Origin: Candidatus Eiseniibacteriota bacterium
Lineage (GTDB): Bacteria; Eisenbacteria; RBG-16-71-46; CAIMUX01; VGJL01
Length of the DNA: 28,101 bases
Assembly (NCBI GenBank): GCA_041946735.1
Contig: JBHGAY010000043.1
Span: 1-28,101, forward strand
Direction: 5' to 3'
Positions 8,507-18,436 of this stretch are shown piece by piece. A program made the translations under genes and the position numbers. Position 1 is the first letter of the stretch. Each line of letters starts with the position of its first letter. The notes beneath the pieces are model-generated. The model ran no database searches. It was given only the letters and a program-made list of their open reading frames with translations, and was not told where the DNA came from.

Positions 8507-9033
8507 TGGCCGCCTCCCGTTCGCTCGCCGGGCTCCTCCGGACGCCTTCCGCCGGCGGCGCCGAAGTGGTAGGCCGCGAGCAGTCCCGCCAGCAGCAGGA
8601 ACGAGGCGATTTCGACCCCGGCGACGTAGTCGGAGAAGAGGGAGCGGCCGACCGCGCGGGGAGAGACCGCGGTGACGGTGCGGCCGCGGTCTCCGGCGCC
8701 GATGCCGAAGGCGGCGAGGCCGAGCAGCACGACGACGAGGATCGCAGGGACGATCCAGCCCGCCGGCGAGCCGGGCTCCTCGATCGCCCTCCGGTCGCCA
8801 CGGTCCGCGTTGAGGAGCATCACGGCGAAGACGAACAGCACGAGGATCGCGCCGGCGTAGACGATGATCTCGAGCGCGGCGACGAACGCGGCGCCGATCG
8901 TCCACAGGAGAAGCGCGGTCGAGAGGAAGACCCCGGCGAGCGCGACGAGCCCGTTCATCGCGCTCTTGCGCGTGACGGCGATCGCTCCGCAGGCGATCGC
9001 GGCAAGGGCGGCGGCGTAGAAGAGGATCGTCAC
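8503..9033 (-). CDS. nuoJ: NADH-quinone oxidoreductase subunit J
   Basis: [23 protein letters not shown]. The GTG start overlaps the nuoI stop (GTGA). Confidence 0.93.
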   Translation of the reverse strand: MTILFYAAALAAIACGAIAVTRKSAMNGLVALAGVFLSTALLLWTIGAAFVAALEIIVYAGAILVLFVFAVMLLNADRGDRRAIEEPGSPAGWIVPAILVVVLLGLAAFGIGAGDRGRTVTAVSPRAVGRSLFSDYVAGVEIASFLLLAGLLAAYHFGAAGGRRPEEPGERTGGGQ

Positions 9034-9545
9034 GGCAAGAGGCTCCGCACGTCCGACGGCTCCTCGTCCTCGAGCCCCTCCCCCTTCGCCTTGCCCCGGA
9101 TCGGCACGCCCGCCACCCGCCAGAAGTTGTACTCGTGATACTTCCCCGGCCCGTCGATCAGGAGGTCCTCCTTCTCGTAGACGAGGTCGGGACGGCGATA
9201 GTCGCTCATCTCGAAGTCGGGGGTGAGCTGGATCGCGTAGGTCGGGCAGGCGTCCTCGCAGTATCCGCAGAAGATGCAGCGCGAGAAGTTGATCCGGAAC
9301 CACGCGGGGTAGCGGCGACCCGCGCCGTCGTCGGTCGCCTGGAGCGCGATGCAGTCGACCGGGCAGGCGACCGCGCAGAGGTAGCAGGCGACGCAACGCT
9401 CCTCTCCGTCCGGGTCGCGCGAGAGGATGATCCGCCCGCGCCAGCGCGGCGGCACGTACGGCATCTGCTCCGGATAGGAGACCGTCACCGGCTTGCGGAA
9501 CAGGTGGGTGAAGGCGACCCACATCGTGCGGAGGTTCGAGAACAC
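9030..9545 (-). CDS. nuoI: NADH-quinone oxidoreductase subunit I
   Basis: Two 4Fe-4S motifs: [12 protein letters not shown] and [12 protein letters not shown]. Confidence 0.96.
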   Translation of the reverse strand: MFSNLRTMWVAFTHLFRKPVTVSYPEQMPYVPPRWRGRIILSRDPDGEERCVACYLCAVACPVDCIALQATDDGAGRRYPAWFRINFSRCIFCGYCEDACPTYAIQLTPDFEMSDYRRPDLVYEKEDLLIDGPGKYHEYNFWRVAGVPIRGKAKGEGLEDEEPSDVRSLLP

Positions 9546-9549
9546 GGGA

Positions 9550-10512
9550 CTACCTCCCTCCCTGCGCCAGCGACAGCGCGATCGCTCCGGTCGCGAGCAC
9601 GTTGACGAGCGCGAGCGGGAGCATCCACTTCCACCCGAGCGCCATCAGCTGGTCGAACCGGTAGCGCGGCAGGATCGAGCGGACCCAGATGAAGACCGAG
9701 ATCAGGATCCCCATCTTCAGCAGGAACCAGACGACGCCGGGAAGGCCCGGCCCCAGCCATCCGCCGAGGAAGAGCAGCGTCGCGAAGGAGCTGAGGAGCG
9801 TCACGTCGAGATACTCCCCCATGAAGAAGAGCGCGAACTTCATCGCCGAGTACTCGGTGTGATAGCCGGCGACGAGTTCGTTCTCCGCCTCCGGAAGGTC
9901 GAACGGGATCCGGCGGGACTCGGCGATCCCCGCCACGAGGAAGAGGGCGAAGCCGACCGGCTGGACGATGGCGAAGGGGACGGCGCGCTGCGCCTCGACG
10001 ATGTCGGTGAGGCGGAACGATCCGGCCAGCAGGACGACGCCGAGCAGGGAGAGCCCGAGCGGCAGCTCGTAGCTGATCATCTGCGCCGCGGCGCGCATCC
10101 CGCCGATCAGCGCGTACTTGCTGTTCGAGGACCACCCGCCGAGCGTCACGCTGTAGACGCCGAGCGAGAGCATCCCGAGGACGAAGAGCAGGCCGACGTT
10201 CGAGTCGGCGACGACGATGCGATCGGTGAACGGCACGACCGCGAACGCGAAGAGGACCGTGACGACCACGATCGTTGGCGCGAGGACGAAGAGGAAGCGG
10301 TCGGCGAACGGCGGGACCCAGTCCTCCTTCGCGAGGAGCTTCAGGACGTCGGCGAGCGGCTGCAGCAGCCCGAACGGGCCGACGCGGTTCGGCCCGAGGC
10401 GGTCCTGGAAGCGCGCGAGGAGGCGCCTCTCGTACCAGATCAGCCCGGCGGCGATCGAGAGCAGGACGGCGAGGATCGCCACGACCATCACGACGCGCAG
10501 CAAGGGGCTCAT
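9550..10512 (-). CDS. nuoH: NADH-quinone oxidoreductase subunit H
   Basis: [51 protein letters not shown] overlap with nuoG. Confidence 0.96.
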   Translation of the reverse strand: MSPLLRVVMVVAILAVLLSIAAGLIWYERRLLARFQDRLGPNRVGPFGLLQPLADVLKLLAKEDWVPPFADRFLFVLAPTIVVVTVLFAFAVVPFTDRIVVADSNVGLLFVLGMLSLGVYSVTLGGWSSNSKYALIGGMRAAAQMISYELPLGLSLLGVVLLAGSFRLTDIVEAQRAVPFAIVQPVGFALFLVAGIAESRRIPFDLPEAENELVAGYHTEYSAMKFALFFMGEYLDVTLLSSFATLLFLGGWLGPGLPGVVWFLLKMGILISVFIWVRSILPRYRFDQLMALGWKWMLPLALVNVLATGAIALSLAQGGR

Positions 10513-13313
10513 GCTCGCACCCCCGGGAGGGTGACGCGCGTGACGCTCGTCCAGCCGAGCGTCTCCGGCCGGCCATACGGGACGGCGAGCACGCGGCGGG
10601 GCAGGAGAGGCTCGAGCCGCGCCGGCAGCGCGCGCGTCGCCGATCCGCCGATCGGGATCGCCAACCGGTCGCCTGCGGAGATCGAAGCGGCGGCGGCATC
10701 CTCGGGATGGATCCACACCTCCGCCGGGGCGGCGCCCCGCTCGCGGATCGAGGGGGCGAGGCTCGACAGTTCCTCGCTTCCGAAGATCCGGAAGAGCGGG
10801 ACGAGCCAGAACTCCCCCTCGCCGAGCGGGCGGGCGTCGAGCGGCTCGGGCGCCGGCAGGCGTGAGGGAATCCCGGCGGGATCGAGAAGCCGCTTGCCCG
10901 CGCTGCCGCCTTCCAGCGGGCCGTGCACCTCGTCCTGGAAGCGGGTGAGCGCCTGGACCGAGTTCCACCCGGGCGCCCAGAAGCGCGGCACGAGAGCGGC
11001 CGGCGCGCCGTGCGCGTCGTGCCCCTCCATCGTGTAGGCGAGCGGCGTCTCGGCATCCTCGGGCGGCTGCGGCTCGAAGACCGAGCGGCTCGCGTAGACC
11101 GCCGTGCGGCCGCTCGCGCGCTTCGGCTCGCGCGCGATGCGCTGGCCGCCGGGCATCCGGAAGGAGGCGGGCGGCGCCGCTTCGATCACGCCGGCGAGCG
11201 GGGCGATCCGGCTCGCGATCTCGCGCGTCACGTCCTCGTAGCCGCTCCAGGCGGGGGCGGGCGGACGGAGCGCCGCCGAGAGGCTCGCGATCGACTCCCA
11301 CGCGGGCGGGACGCCGTCCTCGGGCGGCAGCACCGCGTAGAAGCGCTGGGCCCTTCCTTCCTGATTGACGAACGTTCCGCTCGACTCCGCCCAGGTCGCG
11401 ACCGGCAGGACGATGCCGGCGATCGCGGTCGTCGGCGTCTCGATCTCCTCGAGGACGACGAGCCGCCCGGCGACCCGCGCGCACATCGCTTCGACGAGGC
11501 CCGGGGGCGCGATGCGGAAGAGATCGTTCTGCAGGACGATCAGGCCGTCCGCTTCGCCGCTCGCCACGCGCTCGAGCAAGGCTTCCACGCCGGCGCCGCC
11601 GAGCAGCAGGCCGCCGATCGTGTTTGCGTGCGGGACGATCAGGGAGAGGAGCGGCGGCTCCTCGCCGGCTCCCTCTTCGCCGGCAGCGGCGCGCCGGGCT
11701 GTGGCGAGGGCGCGGGCGATGTCGAAGGCCGCCTGCACGACCGCCTCCCCCGCGGCCGCGCTCGTCACGATTACCGGACGCTTCGCCCCGCGGAGCGCGC
11801 CCGCCACGCGCGCTGCCGCATTCCCGGCCGCTCCGTGCCCGTCCGCGCCTCCGTCGCCGCCTGCGCCTCCGTCGCCGCTCCCCACGCCCGCCCCCGCGCC
11901 GATCTCGCGCGCGATCGCCTGCGCGTGCGCGAGCAGTCCGGGAGGATCGAGACGCACCGGGCCGGCCGCGAGCGCGTCGAGCTTGATCGGCACGCTCGTC
12001 GCCGTCTCCAAGATCCCGCGCGCCCCGCCCGCGGCGACGCGCGTCGCGTTGTCGTCCCAGGCGGGGATCTTCATCCGCTTCGCGATCTCGCCCATCTCGT
12101 TGTCGAGCGCGCGGCGGATCGCGAGATCGAGCAGCGGAGCCTCGTTCGTCGGGTCGGCGCCGAGGATCAGCACGCAGTCGCAGGAGCGCACGTCCTCGAG
12201 GGAGGCGGACCGTGCGACCCCTTCGCGGAAGAGCGCGATCCCGCGCCGGGCCGCGCGGTCGATCGACGGCGCGACGCCTGGGGAGAAGCTCTCCTCGCCC
12301 CCGACGAGCAAGCGGAGCGCGTAGTTCGACTCGAGGCTCGCCCGCGGGGAGCCGATCCCGACGATCCGGCGCGCGCCTTGCAGGCGCCGCACGGCCTCTG
12401 CGATCGCCGCTCCCACCTCGGCGCCTTCGCTCGGCGCCGCCCGGACGACCGGCTCGCGCACCCGCTCCGGCCCGTTGACGAACTCGTAGCCGTAGCGGCC
12501 GCGGTCGCACAGGTAGTAGGCGTTCACGTCCCGGTGGTAGCGATTGCGGACGCGCCGGAGGGTCCCGTAGCGGGCGCCCGGGATCGTGTTGCATCCGATC
12601 GAGCAGTGGGGACAGATCGACGGCGCGCTCTGCAGGTCCCACTTGCGCGTGTAATGGCTCGCCAGCGGCTTGTCGGTGAACACCCCGGTCGGGCAGACCT
12701 CGACTAAGTTTCCGCTGAACTCCGATTCCAGGACCCCGTCCTCGTGGCGGCCGAAGAAGAGGCGGTCGCGCGAGCCGAAGACGTCGAGGTCCCGCCCGCC
12801 CGCGACGTTCCTGTAGTACCGGACGCAGCGGTAGCACTGGATGCAGCGGTTCATCTCGTGGGCGACGAACGGACCGAGGTCCTGGTTGCGGAAGGTCCGC
12901 TTCTTCCCCTGGAAGCGGCGGTAGACGTGCCCGGTCATCACCGTCATGTCCTGGAGGTGGCACTCGCCCCCCTCGTCGCAGACCGGGCAATCGTGGGGAT
13001 GGTTGATCATCAGCCACTCGATCACCGCCGCGCGGAACTCCGCCGCCGCCGGATCGTCGATCGAGGCGCGCGTCCCGGGGGCCGCCGGGGTCATGCAGGC
13101 CATGACGATCCGGCCCGCCTTGTCGTTCTCGTCCTTGAAGACCTTGACCGCGCACTGCCGGCAGGCGCCGACCGAGCCCATGTCGGGGTGCCAGCAGAAA
13201 TACGGAAGATCGCGCTTGGCGTCGAGGGCCGCCTCGAGCAGGTTCCGGCCGGCGCGCACCCGGTACGCCACGCCGTCGAAGAAGACGTCGACGAACTCGC
13301 CGCCGCCGCTCAC
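10509..13313 (-). CDS. nuoG: NADH-quinone oxidoreductase subunit G (long form with N7 cluster motif)
   Basis: FCWHP...GACRQC...MAC, NHPHDCPVCDEGGECHLQ, CIQCYRC, CPHCSIGC...LCDRG. GTGA overlap with nuoF. Confidence 0.95.
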   Translation of the reverse strand: MSGGGEFVDVFFDGVAYRVRAGRNLLEAALDAKRDLPYFCWHPDMGSVGACRQCAVKVFKDENDKAGRIVMACMTPAAPGTRASIDDPAAAEFRAAVIEWLMINHPHDCPVCDEGGECHLQDMTVMTGHVYRRFQGKKRTFRNQDLGPFVAHEMNRCIQCYRCVRYYRNVAGGRDLDVFGSRDRLFFGRHEDGVLESEFSGNLVEVCPTGVFTDKPLASHYTRKWDLQSAPSICPHCSIGCNTIPGARYGTLRRVRNRYHRDVNAYYLCDRGRYGYEFVNGPERVREPVVRAAPSEGAEVGAAIAEAVRRLQGARRIVGIGSPRASLESNYALRLLVGGEESFSPGVAPSIDRAARRGIALFREGVARSASLEDVRSCDCVLILGADPTNEAPLLDLAIRRALDNEMGEIAKRMKIPAWDDNATRVAAGGARGILETATSVPIKLDALAAGPVRLDPPGLLAHAQAIAREIGAGAGVGSGDGGAGGDGGADGHGAAGNAAARVAGALRGAKRPVIVTSAAAGEAVVQAAFDIARALATARRAAAGEEGAGEEPPLLSLIVPHANTIGGLLLGGAGVEALLERVASGEADGLIVLQNDLFRIAPPGLVEAMCARVAGRLVVLEEIETPTTAIAGIVLPVATWAESSGTFVNQEGRAQRFYAVLPPEDGVPPAWESIASLSAALRPPAPAWSGYEDVTREIASRIAPLAGVIEAAPPASFRMPGGQRIAREPKRASGRTAVYASRSVFEPQPPEDAETPLAYTMEGHDAHGAPAALVPRFWAPGWNSVQALTRFQDEVHGPLEGGSAGKRLLDPAGIPSRLPAPEPLDARPLGEGEFWLVPLFRIFGSEELSSLAPSIRERGAAPAEVWIHPEDAAAASISAGDRLAIPIGGSATRALPARLEPLLPRRVLAVPYGRPETLGWTSVTRVTLPGVRA

Positions 13314-14593
13314 GCCCGACTCCCGCGCCGGCGGCAGGTGCCGGTGCGCACGTGCTCCTCGAACTCCTCGCGGAACATCTCCATCCCGCTCTGCAGCGGC
13401 AGCGTCGCGCCCAGCGCCAGCGCGCAGAACGCGTAGGGACCGACGAGCCGCGCCTGCTGCTCGAGCAGCGGGATCTCCTCCGGTCCGGCGACGCCCCCCT
13501 CGATCCGCTCGAGGATCTCCCGGATCCACGGGAGCCCCTCGCGGCACGGCGTGCACCATCCGCACGATTCCCGCGCGAAGAACGTCTCGAGATTGCGCAA
13601 CGCGTCGACGATGCAGGCGGAATCGTCGAAGACGACCGCCGTTCCGGTGCCGAAGAACGCGCGGATCTCCTTCAGCGACTCGAACTCCAGGGGGACGTCG
13701 AGCTGCTCCGGGCCGAGAAAGCGGGTGGACGCTCCGCCGGGCAGCGCGGCCCGGAACTCGTAGCCCTCCGCCATCCCCCCCATCTCGCCGAAGAGGAGCT
13801 CGCGCAGCGTCGTCCCCATCGGAAGCTCGACGCAGTGGGGATGCTTCACGCGCCCGCTCGCGCCGTAGATCTTCGTCCCGGCGTCCTTCGCCTTGCCGAG
13901 CGACTGGAACCACTCGGCCCCGTTGCGAACGATGTGCGGCAGGTTGCAGAGCGTCTCGACGTTCTGGATCACGGTCGGCTTGCCCCACGCGCCGCTGGTC
14001 GGCGGGTAGGGAGGCTTCGCGCGCGGGTTCGCCCGCTTTCCCTCGAGGGCGTTCAGCAGCCCGGTCTCCTCCCCGCACATGTAGCGGCCCCCGCTCAGAT
14101 GGACGTGAAGGTCGAAGTCCCAGCCCGACCCGAGGATGTTCTTGCCGAGCAGCCCCGCCCCGCGCGCAGCGGCGACCGCCTGCTCGAGCAGCCGCTCCGC
14201 CCTCGCGTACTCGTACCGCGTGAAGATGTAGCCGGCGTCGCAGCGGCAGGCGTAAGCGGCGATCAGGCATCCCTCGATCAGCTGGTGCGGATCCCCTTCG
14301 ACCAGGAAGCGGTCCTTGAACGTCCCCGGCTCCATCTCGTCGAAGTTGCAGGCGAGGATGCGAGGGCGCGCGCTCCCCTCGAACGGCGGCATCGCCTTCC
14401 ACTTGAGCCCGGTCGGAAAGCCGGCGCCTCCGCGCCCGCGCAGCTTCGAGTCGAAGACCAGCTGCACGATCTCCTCCGGGGACTTCCTCCCGGCGATCGA
14501 TCGGAACGCCTCGTAGCCTCCCGCCCGCTGGTACCCCTCGATGTCGAGCGCTTCGGCTCCGGGGCGGATGTTCCTCGTCAGGACCTTTTCCAT
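13310..14593 (-). CDS. nuoF: NADH-quinone oxidoreductase subunit F
   Basis: GRGGAGFPTG, DEMEPGTFKD, YMCGEETGLL, SCGWCTPCREG. SD GGAGGAG precedes ATG 14593. Confidence 0.96.
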   Translation of the reverse strand: MEKVLTRNIRPGAEALDIEGYQRAGGYEAFRSIAGRKSPEEIVQLVFDSKLRGRGGAGFPTGLKWKAMPPFEGSARPRILACNFDEMEPGTFKDRFLVEGDPHQLIEGCLIAAYACRCDAGYIFTRYEYARAERLLEQAVAAARGAGLLGKNILGSGWDFDLHVHLSGGRYMCGEETGLLNALEGKRANPRAKPPYPPTSGAWGKPTVIQNVETLCNLPHIVRNGAEWFQSLGKAKDAGTKIYGASGRVKHPHCVELPMGTTLRELLFGEMGGMAEGYEFRAALPGGASTRFLGPEQLDVPLEFESLKEIRAFFGTGTAVVFDDSACIVDALRNLETFFARESCGWCTPCREGLPWIREILERIEGGVAGPEEIPLLEQQARLVGPYAFCALALGATLPLQSGMEMFREEFEEHVRTGTCRRRGSRA

Positions 14594-15081
14594 CCCCGCT
14601 CCTCCAGGATCGCGTCGATCCGCTCCTCGGTGAGGTTCCCGAACACTTCCCGGTTGGCGAGCATCACGGGCGCCTGCTCGCAATGGCCGAGGCAGACGTT
14701 CGGGATCAGGCTGAAGAGGCCGTCGGGGGTCGTCTCCCCCATCCGGATCCCGAGCCGCTTCTCCAGATGCCCGCGGAGGGAGTCGGCGCCGAGCAGGTAG
14801 CAGCTGATGCTGTCGCAGATCGACAGGACGGTCCGGCCGGTCGGCTTGCGGAAGATCCGGTTGTAGAAGGTGGCGATCGAGTCCAGCTCGGAGGCGGTCA
14901 TCCCGAGCAGGCCGGCGAGGTCGGCGAGCGCTTCGTCGGACACCCAGCCGCGACGGCGCTGGACGACCAGCAGCCCGTCGATGGCGGCGGCCGAACGGCT
15001 CGGATAGCGGCTGGCGAGATCGAGGATCTCCATCCGCTCCTCGGAACTCAGCGATGTCGTCGCGGTCTGTCGATCGGCCAA
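14578..15081 (-). CDS. nuoE: NADH-quinone oxidoreductase subunit E
   Basis: IATFY, CDSISC and CLGHCEQAP 2Fe-2S motifs. TTG start preceded by a strong SD (AAGGAGGAGG). Confidence 0.93.
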   Translation of the reverse strand: MADRQTATTSLSSEERMEILDLASRYPSRSAAAIDGLLVVQRRRGWVSDEALADLAGLLGMTASELDSIATFYNRIFRKPTGRTVLSICDSISCYLLGADSLRGHLEKRLGIRMGETTPDGLFSLIPNVCLGHCEQAPVMLANREVFGNLTEERIDAILEERGWKRS

Positions 15082-15100
15082 ATCGTTCTCCTCCTCCTTC

Positions 15101-15136
15101 GTTCCCACCTTCCCGCCGGTTCCCACCTTCCCGCCA
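15101..15136. repeat. 18-bp tandem duplication in the nuoCD-nuoE spacer
   Basis: GTTCCCACCTTCCCGCC(G/A) twice in tandem. Confidence 0.85.
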
Positions 15137-15143
15137 GCGCCCG

Positions 15144-16964
15144 CTAGCGGTCGACGTCCCCCATGACGTAGTCGATGCTTCCCAGGATCGCGATCACGTC
15201 GGAGACGAGGAACCCGCGGCAGAGCCACGGCACGGTCTGCAGGATCGGGAAGGTCGGGGTGCGGATCCGCGTGCGATACGAGCAGACGTCGCCGTCGCTC
15301 ATCACGAGGAACGACATGTTCCCCTTCGGCGCCTCGGTGATCATCTGCGCCTCGCCGACCGGCATCGGCTTTCCCCAGCTCACCGACAGGAAGTGATGGA
15401 TCAACGTCTCGATGTCTTCCATCGTGCGCGCCTTGCGCGGAGGCATCGCGAGGGGGGAGTCGCTCTTGTACGGTCCCTCCGGCATGTTCGCGGCCGCCTG
15501 CGCGACGATCGAGAGGCTCTGGCGCATCTCCTCGACGCGCACGACGGCCCGCGCGTAGGAATCCCCTTCCGTCGCCGTCGGCACCTCGAAGTCGAAGTTC
15601 TCGTACATCGAGTAGGGACGGAGCTTGCGGAGGTCCCAGGCGAGCCCCGTCGCCCGCAGGTTCGGCCCCGTGACGCCCCACTCCAGCGCGTTGCCGGTCG
15701 TGTAGACGCCGACCCCCTTCGTCCGCCTCTTCAACGTGCCGTTCTTCATCAGCGCGCGGCGGTACTCGTCGAGCCGGCGCGGGAAGTAGGCGACGAAGTC
15801 GTCGACCAACGCCTTCCAGCCCTTCGGGAGGTCCTCGGCGACGCCGCCGATCCGGAACCAGCCCGGGTGCATCCGGAAGCCGGAGACCGCCTCGACGATG
15901 TCGAAGACGCGCTCGCGGTCGTTGAACGTGTAGAAGACCGGCGACATCGAGCCCAGGTCGGCGCCGAACGTCCCGAACCAGACGAGGTGGCTCGCGATCC
16001 GGAACAGCTCGGCGAGCATCACGCGGATCACCTGCGCGCGCGGCGGGACGTCGATCCTCCCCAGCCGCTCGACGGCGAGCGCGTAGGGAAACTCGTTCTG
16101 GTAGCCGGCCAGGTAGTCGATCCGGTCGGTGTACGGCAGGTAGGTATGGAAGGTCTGCCGCTCGGCGATCTTCTCCTGCCCGCGGTGGTGGAAGCCTATC
16201 TGGATCCCGATGTCGCGGATCACCTCGCCGTCCAGGTCGAGCAGGAAGCGGACGACCCCGTGCGTCCCGGGATGGTGGGGGCCGAGGTTCAGGAACATCC
16301 GGGATGAGGGATCCGTCCCGCCGCTCAGCCCGAACTCCTCCGGCACAACATCGAGGGACTCCACGCGCGCCTGCTCCGGCGTCGCTCCCAGCCGGTACGG
16401 CTCCATGTCGGTGCGGCGCGCCGGGTGCTCCTTGCGCAGCGGGTGCCCGTTCCAGTACGCGGGCATCAGGATCCGCCGGAGGAGCGGATGCCCGTCGAAG
16501 CGGATCCCGAACATGTCGTACGCCTCGCGCTCGTACCAGTTGGCGCACGGCCAGAGGCCGGTGATGCTCGGGACCGACGGGTACTCGCCCTCGAGCGGGA
16601 CGCGCAGGCGCAGGTCGGCGTTGCCGTCGATCGAGAGGAGCTGGTAGAGGAGCGAGAAGTCGCAACCGGGCTGCCCGGGCGGCGCCGCCCGCCGTGTCCG
16701 CTCGTCGACCGCCGACAGGTCGAAGAGAACCGGCCATGCCGGACGCGCCTCCCGCTTCAGCCACCCGAGAATCGCCGGGAGCGCGGCGGGGCTCACCCAG
16801 ACGACGGCGGCGCCGTCCGCGCTCGCTTGGGTCACGATCCCCGCATCGGGGAAGCGCTCCTCCAGCTCGCCCACGACGCCCGCAGCCGCTCCCGCTGCCG
16901 CAGCCGCAGCCTGTCCGGCTGCCGCTCCCCCTGCCGCAGCCTGTCCGGCCACCTCCCCCGTCAT
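15144..16964 (-). CDS. nuoCD: Fused NADH-quinone oxidoreductase subunit C/D
   Basis: The NuoC motif ([12 protein letters not shown]...GHPLRK) is followed in one frame by NuoD motifs ([31 protein letters not shown]). ATGA overlap with nuoB. Confidence 0.95.
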   Translation of the reverse strand: MTGEVAGQAAAGGAAAGQAAAAAAGAAAGVVGELEERFPDAGIVTQASADGAAVVWVSPAALPAILGWLKREARPAWPVLFDLSAVDERTRRAAPPGQPGCDFSLLYQLLSIDGNADLRLRVPLEGEYPSVPSITGLWPCANWYEREAYDMFGIRFDGHPLLRRILMPAYWNGHPLRKEHPARRTDMEPYRLGATPEQARVESLDVVPEEFGLSGGTDPSSRMFLNLGPHHPGTHGVVRFLLDLDGEVIRDIGIQIGFHHRGQEKIAERQTFHTYLPYTDRIDYLAGYQNEFPYALAVERLGRIDVPPRAQVIRVMLAELFRIASHLVWFGTFGADLGSMSPVFYTFNDRERVFDIVEAVSGFRMHPGWFRIGGVAEDLPKGWKALVDDFVAYFPRRLDEYRRALMKNGTLKRRTKGVGVYTTGNALEWGVTGPNLRATGLAWDLRKLRPYSMYENFDFEVPTATEGDSYARAVVRVEEMRQSLSIVAQAAANMPEGPYKSDSPLAMPPRKARTMEDIETLIHHFLSVSWGKPMPVGEAQMITEAPKGNMSFLVMSDGDVCSYRTRIRTPTFPILQTVPWLCRGFLVSDVIAILGSIDYVMGDVDR

Positions 16965-17563
16965 ACGTGGTCCGGCGGCCGCAGCAGCCGCTCGCGGCTT
17001 CGCTCGGCATGCTTGAGCACGCGCTGCGAGGGGCGCGCAGGCCGCACGACCCCTTGAGGCCCGGCGATCCAGCTCAGCGGGCGTTCCTCCGTCCCCACGA
17101 CATTCTGCAGGAGGAGCAGCGCCTCGAGCACCATGTCGGGCCGGGGCGGACAGGCGGGAATGTACACGTCGACCGGCAGGAAGGAGTCGACGCCCTGGAC
17201 CACGCTGTACACGTCGAACATTCCGCCGGAGTTCGCGCACGATCCCATCGAGACCACCCAGCGCGGGGCCATCATCTGCTCGTAGAGGCGCTGGATGACC
17301 GGGGCGATCTTGATGAATACCGTGCCCGCGATCACCATCAGGTCCGCCTCGCGCGGCGTGGCCCGGATCACCTCCGAGCCGAAGCGCGAGATGTCGTAGA
17401 CGCTCGTGAACGCGGTCGAGAACTCGACGAAGCAGCACGAAGTCCCGAAGCCGAACGGCCAGATCGAATTCTTGCGACCCCAGGAGACGAGATCGTCGAG
17501 CCGCGTGAGCAGGAACCCGTGCTGCGACTGATACGCGGCCGGGGCCGTCTCGGCGGGCTTCAC
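16961..17563 (-). CDS. nuoB: NADH-quinone oxidoreductase subunit B
   Basis: [26 protein letters not shown]. Confidence 0.96.
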   Translation of the reverse strand: MKPAETAPAAYQSQHGFLLTRLDDLVSWGRKNSIWPFGFGTSCCFVEFSTAFTSVYDISRFGSEVIRATPREADLMVIAGTVFIKIAPVIQRLYEQMMAPRWVVSMGSCANSGGMFDVYSVVQGVDSFLPVDVYIPACPPRPDMVLEALLLLQNVVGTEERPLSWIAGPQGVVRPARPSQRVLKHAERSRERLLRPPDHV

Positions 17564-17973
17564 GGCGTTTCCTCACCGGGCTCGAGGGCACGTTCGGGAT
17601 TGCGCCAGCGCTCCGGCCGGTTCCAGTCGAGCGCCCCCTCCTTCCAGACGAAGACGAGCCCCGCGGCGAGCGTCGCGAGGAACAGGGCGGCCGCGGCATA
17701 GCCGCTCCACCCGAGATCCCGGAAGGCGACCGCCCAGGCGAGCAGGAACGCCCCTTCGAGGTCGAACAGGAGGAAGAGGACGGCGACCAGGTAATAGTGC
17801 GCCTGGAAATGGACCCGCCCGCCTCCCGCGGGCTCCGCCCCCGACTCGTACGGGATGTTTCGCGACGGGCCGCGATGCCGTTCCCCCAGCAGCCACGAGA
17901 GGCCGAGGAGGGCGGCGACGAGGAGGAGGGCAAGGCCGGCGTAGAGGACGGCCGGCCAGACCGGACTTTCCAT
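17560..17973 (-). CDS. nuoA: NADH-quinone oxidoreductase subunit A
   Basis: [24 protein letters not shown]. First gene of the operon. Confidence 0.94.
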   Translation of the reverse strand: MESPVWPAVLYAGLALLLVAALLGLSWLLGERHRGPSRNIPYESGAEPAGGGRVHFQAHYYLVAVLFLLFDLEGAFLLAWAVAFRDLGWSGYAAAALFLATLAAGLVFVWKEGALDWNRPERWRNPERALEPGEETP

Positions 17974-18076
17974 TCTCGACGCACTCCCTTCCACGTTCTT
18001 GCACGTTTCGAAGATCGGTGCCGCCGTTGGATCCGTGCGGGGCCGGTTCGCCGCCTCGCGAACCCAAGCTTTTCGT

Positions 18077-18105
18077 ACATTAGCAACTGGCCGCCGCCCT
18101 GTCAT
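18077..18105 (-). promoter_or_regulatory. Putative sigma70 promoter of the nuo operon
   Basis: Minus strand ATGACA-N17-TAATGT with an extended -10 TG, about 100 bp upstream of nuoA. Confidence 0.55.
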
Positions 18106-18436
18106 CCGAACTGGGCCATGGCGCCCGCCGTTCGAACGCAACGAAGGCACGAGGCGAACGCTCGGCCGACGAACACAATCGTGCGACACGCAGCCGCCGC
18201 GACCTGCCCCGGCGCCACCAAATCGCGGGCATCTCCCACTTCCAAATGGAAATGTGACATCCGTTGTTGCGCGAGAAGCGTCTTCCTAGCGTCGTCCCTA
18301 GGGCGGCCGCGGTCTTCTTCGCGAGGACAGGCGCTCGTTCCGTGCGCCCCCTCGCCCGGAAAGGACCGTACCCTTTTCATTTCGTGACAGTGAGGCAACG
18401 ACAATTCAACCACGAGATAGAGAGGAGCCAACGGCA

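Noticed and set aside
3285..18086. Apparent giant fusions or N-terminal extensions of Nuo ORFs (949, 816, 1201, 1297, 810 and 980 aa) and plus-strand ORFs over the operon
   Set aside because: The extensions are off-frame readings of the upstream nuo gene. The real starts lie at (A/G)TGA overlaps or SD sites.
17974..18436. Riboswitch or ncRNA in the long intergenic region
   Set aside because: I could not recognise a c-di-GMP, FMN or other riboswitch consensus by eye. An Rfam scan would be needed.
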